A stretch of DNA of 64,000 bases from Candidatus Bathyarchaeota archaeon (GTDB taxonomy: Archaea; Thermoproteota; Bathyarchaeia; Bathyarchaeales; Bathycorpusculaceae). Both the position numbers and the translations under genes were made by a program. This document shows positions 9,759-17,039 of this stretch, one piece after another. Each line of letters starts with the position of its first letter. Position 1 is the stretch's first letter. Below the pieces are notes generated by a model that saw nothing but the letters and a program-made list of their open reading frames with translations, searched no databases and was not told the DNA's origin. Location: NCBI GenBank assembly GCA_963715865.1, contig OY970280.1, positions 992,001-1,056,000 on the forward strand, given 5' to 3'.

Positions 9759-9868
9759 TGTGGAATCACTTCAAGCGCTTTTAACCGCGCTTCAATTTTG
9801 TCGAAAACCAGGTTCATTTCACGAATAAGGTCACGGATTGTAAATTCTTCACTTTTTGGGTTCATCAT
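9755..9868 (-). CDS. Small coiled-coil protein, 37 aa (not in ORF track)
   Basis: MMNPKSEEFTIRDLIREMNLVFDKIEARLKALEVIPQ; stop overlaps helicase start (ATGA). Confidence 0.5.
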   Translation of the reverse strand: MMNPKSEEFTIRDLIREMNLVFDKIEARLKALEVIPQ

Positions 9869-10202
9869 GCAAATCAACTTTTTTCATTTTTTCCCTCCAA
9901 GCTCCATCTTCCAGCTTCGTTTTTTGGTTTGCATGTTCGTCGTAACCGAAAGAGCGTTTGCATCGACCATATTTATAGTTTTCCAACTTTTTCTAATTTC
10001 TAATTTTATTTCTACCGTTTATTTTCCCCAATTTTAAAAAAACTAAAAGGGCAACCTTAGAGCCTTAGTCGGCAGTCTTACGAAATCCAAAATCCAGCGC
10101 TTTTTGGGCAAAGTCAATGAAATTCCAAAGATCGCAAGACCGCTATCGACGGGGTTTGAGTTGCATAGGCTTTTCTGGCGCTCCTGAGGTGAGTCAAGGT
10201 TA

Positions 10203-10365
10203 TCCAGACGCTGAAACGCGGAAATTAGACGAATAGATGAAACCGCGCTCAGTGCTCGCGCGAACTCTGAGACGCTGGAACAGCGCATTCGGAGCCTAAG
10301 CGCGCTTAGAGCGCTACGTGTGGTAAATAAGCCTGAGTGTTCCGAAGAGGCCTACTTACCACACG
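10203..10365 (-). ncRNA. Putative structured RNA or cruciform region
   Basis: Three-way junction, 14-bp palindrome and 18-bp stem with two G-U pairs on the minus strand. Confidence 0.4.
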
Positions 10366-10439
10366 CTGACTGGACGGTTGGAGAATTCATGGCAAGCCAA
10401 CCGGCGCACAAGTGGAGGAGAATCAAGGCTTGTGCTATG

Positions 10440-10604
10440 TCAGTTTAATGTCTGTAATGGTTTGCGTGGAGGGCTTCTTTGAAAGGGCAGTGAATTGTGG
10501 TTCTTGACGGTGCATGGTAAAGCGCTGTATTGTCGCACGTTTCGGAAAAACTGATACCAGTTTGTTGTGGTCTTTCTGGCTCTTCCGCGTTGTCGGTCTG
10601 TCAT
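10440..10604 (-). CDS. Small basic protein, 54 aa (not in ORF track)
   Basis: ATG 1 nt after the stop of 10606-11304; MTDRQRGRARKTT... Confidence 0.35.
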   Translation of the reverse strand: MTDRQRGRARKTTTNWYQFFRNVRQYSALPCTVKNHNSLPFQRSPPRKPLQTLN

Positions 10605-10605
10605 G

Positions 10606-11304
10606 CTATCGCCTGCTCTTTGCGTGATAAATGGGGCCTAGCGTAGTGGTTCCGTCTGGTTGTGGTGTTGGAAGTCCGCCGCCTATTTCAAAGTCGTCAG
10701 AGTTCACGATTTTCAGGTTGCCACGCGAGTCTGTTGTCAGCAGTGCTTTGTCGAGCGGTACATCGGGACTCAATGCGCCGACGAGGTGCGTTCCTTTGGT
10801 TAAGTTAGGAACGACTCCGCTTAGGTGTGGCGCGATTTTCTCCAGTTCTGCCTCAATCGCGTTGAACGCGGCAAGCCTTTTATCGAACTTTGCCATTTTC
10901 ATCTCTAAACATTCTCTGAGTGCGCGCTGTTCACCTAATAATTGCGCAAGCCCCAAAGCTTCAACCGCGACAACGTTGGTTCTACCTCTTAGATGGAGGT
11001 CGAGTTTTTCCATCAGATCGCATTCTATACTTAACGCGGCAGTGACTAACTTTGAGGTTTCAATGTTCGCTTTTAGCTCTTCCGTAAATTGTGTCATAGT
11101 AGCTTTCCACCATTTCCCGACGGTAATTTCGCTATCTAAATTGGCGAATTGCTTTGCTGCACTGGGAGTATTGGATGTTATGACTTGATGAGTCGGGAAG
11201 TCTCGCTGAAGCATTTCATAGGCCTTTTCCAATATAGCGTAAGCGTTCCGCACGTCTGCGTCTGCGTCAAACATTTTCAAGTTATTAAAAGTTTCAAGTT
11301 TCAT
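10606..11304 (-). CDS. Hypothetical alpha-helical/coiled-coil protein
   Basis: 232 aa, GAGGTG ribosome-binding site, in the leftward operon. Confidence 0.7.
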   Translation of the reverse strand: MKLETFNNLKMFDADADVRNAYAILEKAYEMLQRDFPTHQVITSNTPSAAKQFANLDSEITVGKWWKATMTQFTEELKANIETSKLVTAALSIECDLMEKLDLHLRGRTNVVAVEALGLAQLLGEQRALRECLEMKMAKFDKRLAAFNAIEAELEKIAPHLSGVVPNLTKGTHLVGALSPDVPLDKALLTTDSRGNLKIVNSDDFEIGGGLPTPQPDGTTTLGPIYHAKSRR

Positions 11305-11319
11305 GTTTTTTCACCTCTA

Positions 11320-11706
11320 TTAAAGCCATATCGTATTTTTTTCTTGTACCGTTAAAACTTTTAGTCGCCAATCTGAGCATGGAGCGCCGTTATGAATAAA
11401 AGCTGGCGAACCAAGTTTGCAGCGCTCGCGCTTTGTATCATTCATGAGACAGGTAAATTCTACTTGATCGTAAGGCGCGTACATTTTAATGCGCCAGTCG
11501 TCTGGGTTAGCCATTACCGCGCTTTGCGACAATTCGACACGGTGAATGTGATCGCATGAACGGCAGCATCCGGGCATTTGGCACTTTTCGCATGGCGGTG
11601 AACAGGCGGGTTTAGGCAATTCTGCAACTTCGGATTCTGAAGGTTTCTTAGGTTGATTAGTTTGTTCTTGCATAATTTTTTTCTTCCTACGAAATGGATT
11701 TTTCAT
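11320..11706 (-). CDS. Cys-rich hypothetical protein
   Basis: CSPPCEKCQMPGCCRSCDH plus three further Cys. Confidence 0.6.
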   Translation of the reverse strand: MKNPFRRKKKIMQEQTNQPKKPSESEVAELPKPACSPPCEKCQMPGCCRSCDHIHRVELSQSAVMANPDDWRIKMYAPYDQVEFTCLMNDTKRERCKLGSPAFIHNGAPCSDWRLKVLTVQEKNTIWL

Positions 11707-11847
11707 TTACTTTCAACTCTCGGGTTTCGTTCATTCCAAGCTGTTCTGGCTGACCGAAACATTCCATTATGACTTTTTCAAACGCGCGGATGCGCTTGGT
11801 GTGGCTGGAGATATTGCATCTTGTTTTCTCTTTTTTAGAAACTTTGC

Positions 11848-12159
11848 TCATTTTTCGTTCTCCTCTGCTTCTGGATACTTTGGATATTTGTTTATTGTTT
11901 GGGCAATCCGCAAAACCACGACCACGACTCCGTGTTTAATAGCGCAATCAAAAAGTGACATTGCCAAAACGGAGTCAGAAAGACCTATGACGCTTTCAGT
12001 TAATGCGAAGTGTTTAATTGGAAAACCGAGCAGTTTTTTGGCGTCGCGGTAGAATGCCTGCCTTCCTTTCCCATTAGCCGCAAAATCGTAATCCACAATG
12101 TAATACTCTGTGTGTGCGCCTAATTCCTGAATTTTTCGCATAAAAATGACCTTACTCAT
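11848..12159 (-). CDS. Cas2/VapD-like ferredoxin-fold protein
   Basis: YYIVDYDF...RQAFYRDAKKLLG resembles the Cas2 YxVxYDI...R pattern. Confidence 0.45.
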   Translation of the reverse strand: MSKVIFMRKIQELGAHTEYYIVDYDFAANGKGRQAFYRDAKKLLGFPIKHFALTESVIGLSDSVLAMSLFDCAIKHGVVVVVLRIAQTINKYPKYPEAEENEK

Positions 12160-12184
12160 TTTCTTTCACATTTCACTTTTTCAT

Positions 12185-12406
12185 TTATGTGATTAAAGGA
12201 TTTTTTACGCTTGGAACAAGTTGTTTAAGATCGGAGAAAGCTATTTTGTAGAGAATCTGATGATGGCATTCGGGGCATTCAAAAGTCATTATAATTAAGG
12301 GGTCTTTGCCGACGTTTATGACTTCAGCTTTAACGGTTTTCAGCAGAACCTCAGATTTTTTATGTACACAGAAGAAATGTTGCTGATTCATCAATGCCTG
12401 CGCCAT
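12185..12406 (-). CDS. Small Zn-ribbon protein
   Basis: CVH ... CPEC metal-binding pairs. Confidence 0.5.
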   Translation of the reverse strand: MAQALMNQQHFFCVHKKSEVLLKTVKAEVINVGKDPLIIMTFECPECHHQILYKIAFSDLKQLVPSVKNPLIT

Positions 12407-12437
12407 TAACTTCGCCTCCGTTTTAATTCACTCATTC

Positions 12438-14165
12438 TTATTTGCCTCCGCGATAAAGTTTCTGTTGCGCAAACGCTTGCGATAAAGCCGTGACTAAAGG
12501 AGTTTCAAGACCGTTTATGATTGCTTGTGTTAAAGCATTTGTGAAATCCTGCAAACTTGCGTTAACTCCTAAACTTGCAATGCTAATTGTGGGGTTAACA
12601 GTGATTTGGAAAGTGTTTTCGTTTGTTACGGAGCCACCGCCACTTTCAGCCGTTGTTGCTAATGGAGTTACTGTGCCGACGTTGCTTAATGCTTCGCCAA
12701 GATTTTCGTTTAACGGCATAACAGCTTCTGGGCCAGATTCGCCAACCATTGCCAATGTTGGTTGAGTCACTACAGCGCCCCCTGCTAAGCCAATAGCGCT
12801 AAAAGCACCACCGATAGCTGATCCAACACCACCAAGCGCACTTCCAATGGTTCCGAAAAAGCCAGCGATTGGCTTCAACACTGTATTATAAACTGTTTCC
12901 AACGCGTCAAAAACAGGTTTAATCAATATATTGTATGCCGAACTGAGACCACTTGAAAGAGTGTTCCACGCAGCAAGCAATGTATCAACAATGAATGTTC
13001 CAAGCGGCGCTAAAACGTCGTTCCAAACCAATGTAAGCGCATCTTTAACGTCGTTTACGGCTGTTTGAATAAGGCCCCAAGCAACTTCGAAGGGTTTAAG
13101 GTACAGGTTAACCCAAACTTCTCCGATAAATTTGCCCAATGGAACAAGCACGTTATTCCATAAGAATGTTAATGCGCCTTCAATATCATCCAACGCAGTT
13201 TTTAATGCTCCTCCTAACACCGAACCAATCTCATTTATTGCATCGCGGAAAGGCGCGCAGTTCTGGTATGCTTCATAGATTCCAACTGCTAAGAGAGCGA
13301 TGCCAGTGATTACAAGAATGATGGGGTTTGCGGCGAGAAAATCCATTGCTCCCGAAATACCCTCAATCCCGCCAGACACGGCTGAACTGATGCCTGGAAA
13401 AGCTGTCATAAGTGTGGACATACCTGCAAATACGCTGGTAACAGCGGGGATGACGCTTACGCCAGTCATCATGAAGTCGTTGTTTAAGTTGCGTTGACCT
13501 TCAGTGACTCGTTCATTCGCAACCGTTAACGCGTCCTGCGCTGCACTAAGCTTACTCGCCGCTAAGGTTGCCTGCGGACTATCTGCTCCATACTTCGCGA
13601 CGGCTGTATTGTACGCATTTTGCGCCGACGTAACCGCATTAGTATCTCTCTCAACTGTAACATGAGCCTTGTCCAGGCTAACTTGCGCGTTTTCGATGTT
13701 GCTTACGCCCATGACAAGCATCGCGCCTGAAGATGCTAATTGCCCAACCGCTCCTACCTGTCGCAAAGTGCTGGCAGACGCCGCGTCAGTGGCTGAAACT
13801 GTTTGTCCCTGAGCGTTTACAGTCGTGGTTGCACTGGTTAAATTCGCGTTTGCAACATTTTCCGTCGCGGTTTGTGCTCCACTTAAGCTGCTGTTCACGT
13901 TCACCATTGAACTTTCGACATTTTGACTCACTGTGGCTGCAGTACTGCTAATCTGGTTTAGACTTTGATCAATATTTTCACTTGCTGTAGAAAATGCATT
14001 TTCGACGGAGGAAGCGGCATTTTCCATGCCACTTTCAAAAGTGGTCATTGGGGTACTGACATCTTCGATGCTGCCGCTTAATCCGCTTAATGCACTTTCC
14101 ATTCCACTAATCGCGCTGCTAACCTGATCTGATAATGTGAATTGGAATTGAACTGGAAAACTCAA
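12438..14165 (-). CDS. Tail tape-measure protein
   Basis: Ser/Ala-rich N-terminus, coiled coil, NPIILVITGIALL...PFRD motif, periodic W/F repeats, C-terminal LAGGAVVTQPTLAMVGESGPEAVMPL motif. Confidence 0.85.
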   Translation of the reverse strand: MSFPVQFQFTLSDQVSSAISGMESALSGLSGSIEDVSTPMTTFESGMENAASSVENAFSTASENIDQSLNQISSTAATVSQNVESSMVNVNSSLSGAQTATENVANANLTSATTTVNAQGQTVSATDAASASTLRQVGAVGQLASSGAMLVMGVSNIENAQVSLDKAHVTVERDTNAVTSAQNAYNTAVAKYGADSPQATLAASKLSAAQDALTVANERVTEGQRNLNNDFMMTGVSVIPAVTSVFAGMSTLMTAFPGISSAVSGGIEGISGAMDFLAANPIILVITGIALLAVGIYEAYQNCAPFRDAINEIGSVLGGALKTALDDIEGALTFLWNNVLVPLGKFIGEVWVNLYLKPFEVAWGLIQTAVNDVKDALTLVWNDVLAPLGTFIVDTLLAAWNTLSSGLSSAYNILIKPVFDALETVYNTVLKPIAGFFGTIGSALGGVGSAIGGAFSAIGLAGGAVVTQPTLAMVGESGPEAVMPLNENLGEALSNVGTVTPLATTAESGGGSVTNENTFQITVNPTISIASLGVNASLQDFTNALTQAIINGLETPLVTALSQAFAQQKLYRGGK

Positions 14166-14167
14166 TT

Positions 14168-14341
14168 TTAAGCCTCCGATGCTTTTTCAATAATTAGCCG
14201 TTCATTGTCGATGCGGACTAAAATTTTAGTGGGTAGTTTAGGAAACGGAAAACTTGAATCTGACATGACACAAGATGGAATGTACACGATCCCAGTTTTC
14301 GCGCATGGATGCGCTATTAATCTTCCGACGCTTTCACGCAT
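14168..14341 (-). CDS. AbrB/SpoVT-like small protein, 57 aa (not in ORF track)
   Basis: KTGIVYIPS...DSSFPF...VRIDNERLIIEK swapped-hairpin pattern; ends 2 nt before the tape-measure start. Confidence 0.6.
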   Translation of the reverse strand: MRESVGRLIAHPCAKTGIVYIPSCVMSDSSFPFPKLPTKILVRIDNERLIIEKASEA

Positions 14342-14803
14342 TTTTCGGTCTCTCTTTTTTCTTGCCTATGTTCCAGAGACCGTTCCACGCTATGCGCGAA
14401 AGCGACCTATTTCCAAGTTTTCCTTAGAGAGCATTGGAGCTTTAAGTCACTGAGTGCTTGTCGGGTCTTACACGCGAGCTGGGGTGATACTCCTTCCGTC
14501 TCGCCGAAGCTCAGGATACAGTTCCTTCCACTACGCAGAGCCCTGTGACTCCAGTATGGACTATGGACGGTGCCGCACGTCCTCGGCTTACGGTTGCTCC
14601 GTTGCTCCCATTACTAAGGCGAAAGTGAAGTAAAGCAAATTTGGCTTCATGCTTAGCTTCGCATTATTAGGCTTGATTTCAATGTTTGTTTGGCTATTCC
14701 GCCTTAGCAGATTTAGTATTGTTGCGCCTGCTTAAAAACTTTACGCATTTTTAGCATAAATAATATTAAAAGTAACTTTTTTATCAATAAATTGAATAGA
14801 ATA

Positions 14804-14875
14804 AAATACTAACATATAAGTTAGTATTTGTTTGAAATATTAACATATAAGTTAGTATTTGTGATATGTTAAGAT
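14804..14875. repeat. Tandem palindromic 26-bp repeats with 31-bp period plus an inverted half site
   Basis: AAATA(C/T)TAAC-ATATAA-GTTAGTATTT at 14804 and 14835; ATATGTTAAGATTT at 14864. Confidence 0.85.
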
Positions 14876-15114
14876 TTGTCAGTTAACTAACCACGTTTTT
14901 AAAAGGCCGCGCTAATCGCAAGAATCACAAGATAAATTCTCGCCACAGATTGACTTATCCCATCTATTTCTTAATAGGATCGCTGAGAATCGCTTTAAAC
15001 ACTGGATTGACTGAGAAAAAGTGAGTTGTTACCCTACCCTAAACAATGCAGAAAAGCGACTCAGCAACATAGGCGTTTGCTAAAATACAAAAAAAAGAAG
15101 GGTTATTAGACTTT

Positions 15115-15243
15115 TCATTTGTCTTGTTGACGAAGCTCTTGTAGAAGAAGAGAAGAAACGTAATCCGTGATTGATAATCCATTACGTTTTGCTCTATCTT
15201 CTATCGCGGCAAACGCTTCTTTACTAACTCTTAATTTCTTCAT
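15115..15243 (-). CDS. RHH/CopG-like DNA-binding protein, 42 aa (not in ORF track)
   Basis: MKKLRVSKEAFAAIEDRAKRNGLSITDYVSSLL; GAGGTG ribosome-binding site. Confidence 0.65.
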   Translation of the reverse strand: MKKLRVSKEAFAAIEDRAKRNGLSITDYVSSLLLQELRQQDK

Positions 15244-15381
15244 TCAATCACCTCTTTTTTTCCACGCTATTATCTGCGGGCAGTCACTTTCACACCCTGA
15301 GTAATAACATTCTGGTGTTTCGCTATCTTGATCAATTTCATGAGCAGTTTTATTTTTAGGTTTCTTGGTTGTTTTTTGCAT
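15244..15381 (-). CDS. Small protein, 45 aa, three Cys (not in ORF track)
   Basis: Start overlaps upstream stop and its stop abuts the downstream start. Confidence 0.45.
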   Translation of the reverse strand: MQKTTKKPKNKTAHEIDQDSETPECYYSGCESDCPQIIAWKKRGD

Positions 15382-15566
15382 TAAGGCACTGCTCCGTTTT
15401 TGATTGGATGGGTTTTCATGTACTCGGTTAAGGCCTGCACTGTTTCCTCTGAAACTTTGTAGGTTGAGCCCGTTTTTCTATGAACGTAAAGTGTCCATTC
15501 GAGCCAGAACTTGTCGTCTATGTTTAAGCTTGTTCTTTTCTTTGTCATAGATTGCATATTTACCAC
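15381..15566 (-). CDS. RHH DNA-binding protein
   Basis: KRTSLNIDDKFW...VSEETVQALTEYM. Confidence 0.7.
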   Translation of the reverse strand: MVNMQSMTKKRTSLNIDDKFWLEWTLYVHRKTGSTYKVSEETVQALTEYMKTHPIKNGAVP

Positions 15567-15647
15567 GTTACTTTACTTAATGCTTTCGTCCCTATTAAAC
15601 ATTACCACATTAACACATTAACACAATGTTTATTAATTACCACGTTA
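15560..15647. promoter_or_regulatory. Divergent promoter with three TTACCAC(G/A)TTA direct repeats
   Basis: Copies at 15560, 15602 and 15637 between divergent genes. Confidence 0.6.
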
Positions 15648-15859
15648 TTACGTTATTATTTGAGGAAAGCGAAATGTGGAATCAAACAAACTTGGATGGA
15701 AAAATTTTAGAACTCCCTACGGAGCTCCAATCAGTTTGCTGCGAAATTTGTTATAACGCAACCGAGGAAAAATGCGATTGTAAGTGCCACGGCGCCTTTC
15801 ACGGTCTCGGCAACTTGAACAAGAAAACAGAAACTGAGAAAATGCGCGAGGGATTTTAA
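15626..15859 (+). CDS. Small Cys/His metal-binding protein
   Basis: CCEIC...CDCKCHGAFHG; real start probably MWNQ. Confidence 0.55.
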   Translation: MFINYHVITLLFEESEMWNQTNLDGKILELPTELQSVCCEICYNATEEKCDCKCHGAFHGLGNLNKKTETEKMREGF

Positions 15860-15860
15860 G

Positions 15861-16196
15861 ATGGAAGTCGTAATGAACCGCACTAAGGAACATTGGCTTT
15901 TCACTTGGACGCCTACTGGCACCGTTAAAACTTACTTTGTCAGCGAAGGACACATTAACGTGCAATGCCTACCCGGCGAGAAAGAGTTAACCAACCAACT
16001 GTTCAACGCATTGTACGCTGGAGTGCCCGTTCACGTTCACGGCGCCTATGACAAGGAAACTCACATCCTCACGATTAAGCCTGCCGAACGCGATGAAAAT
16101 GCGCCAGTCCCCACGCAAACGCCGCAACAGCGCGACCGCGCCACAGACGACTATTTCAAGTGGCAAGAAGAACACCTCAAAAACCTATGCGTGTAA
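15861..16196 (+). CDS. Hypothetical protein
   Basis: 111 aa, directly follows the previous gene. Confidence 0.55.
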   Translation: MEVVMNRTKEHWLFTWTPTGTVKTYFVSEGHINVQCLPGEKELTNQLFNALYAGVPVHVHGAYDKETHILTIKPAERDENAPVPTQTPQQRDRATDDYFKWQEEHLKNLCV

Positions 16197-16232
16197 TCCG
16201 CAATATTCAAGAAGTTAGGAGTCGTATAGGAG

Positions 16233-16484
16233 GTGAAAAGTGTGAGTGAAAAATTTGAGTATGAACAAGTAACTATCAAAGTGCCTAAGCAAATAATGGC
16301 TTTTCTGCGCTTCCAAGCTGGACAGCACGATGTCCAGGTAACGGAAGAAATAGAAGGCTGTGTGCTTGACGATGTGCGAGGTCTAATGGAAGGTATGGAG
16401 GGAGAAGAATTGATTGGTTTTCTCGGGATGGACACTATTTTCTATGAGCTATTAGACGACCAAAACTATAAGCCAAAAGGCTAA
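16233..16484 (+). CDS. RHH-like protein
   Basis: YEQVTIKVPKQIMAFLR; GGAGGTGA ribosome-binding site. Confidence 0.6.
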   Translation: MKSVSEKFEYEQVTIKVPKQIMAFLRFQAGQHDVQVTEEIEGCVLDDVRGLMEGMEGEELIGFLGMDTIFYELLDDQNYKPKG

Positions 16485-16602
16485 AAGCAACAGATTAAAC
16501 CTTCAATATCTCTTTTTTTTATTTTTCAAATATGCCTACCGGGAGGGGTCTTTTTTCCAGACAGACAAACTAAAAATCAATAACCGTCTTTTATTTAAGT
16601 TT

Positions 16603-16614
16603 ACTAAGGAGTAA
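16603..16614 (+). repeat. attR core, 12-bp direct repeat
   Basis: ACTAAGGAGTAA identical to 5225-5236. Confidence 0.85.
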
Positions 16615-16624
16615 CCGCTCTTCA

Positions 16625-16969
16625 CTAAGCGCATAGGGCTTTGTAGGCTTCGATAAATTCCATGGCAAATTTGTCAGCGTATTTCTCTGTGCCTCTATGC
16701 ATTTTATCCACCGCTTTGCTGCGCAGGTGATGATAAAACTCGTGTAGAATAACGAAGGGGTTCACCATCACGTCACTATTTAGCACTGAAATGGTTTCAT
16801 TTTTAGATGTATAACAACCGAACGCTTTCATCTTGTGCCCTTTTGGTAAACCAACTTTCAGTTTGGGAACATTCACTTTGTAATTTTTCGCCAGTAAAGT
16901 GAGCGCTTCTTCCGGTTTTCCATTGAGAATAAACCAGACCACTAGTGGTTTGAAGTTGTCCTGCGTCAT
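16625..16969 (-). CDS. Zincin-like HExxH protein, conserved archaeal hypothetical
   Basis: FVILHEFYHH motif. Confidence 0.75.
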   Translation of the reverse strand: MTQDNFKPLVVWFILNGKPEEALTLLAKNYKVNVPKLKVGLPKGHKMKAFGCYTSKNETISVLNSDVMVNPFVILHEFYHHLRSKAVDKMHRGTEKYADKFAMEFIEAYKALCA

Positions 16970-17039
16970 TGTGCCGTCAGCAATACAGAGTTGCGCTGCT
17001 TAATTAACTGCCCCGTAAAAAGATTGGATAAGCATAAGG

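Larger units (their letters stand above)
5225..16614. mobile_element. Integrated element (candidate virus satellite or defective provirus), 11,378 bp insert
   Basis: ACTAAGGAGTAA repeated exactly at 5225-5236 and 16603-16614; integrase next to left repeat; replication and tape-measure genes inside. Confidence 0.9.

Noticed and set aside
10043-10288. 81-aa minus-strand ORF in the track
   Set aside because: Overlaps the structured region, has no ribosome-binding site or motif; probably spurious though not excluded.
10203-10365. Hammerhead, twister or HDV-like ribozyme
   Set aside because: Required cores such as CUGANGA with GAAA are not present in the right positions on either strand.
11848-12159. 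CRISPR-Cas locus suggested by the Cas2-like gene
   Set aside because: No regularly spaced repeat-spacer array or other cas genes anywhere in the window.
12438-14165. Complete tailed provirus
   Set aside because: No capsid, portal, terminase or tail tube motifs seen between the att sites, and 11.4 kb is too small.
14205-14453. 82-aa plus-strand ORF in the track
   Set aside because: Antisense to a better-supported 57-aa AbrB-like gene that is coupled to the tape-measure gene.
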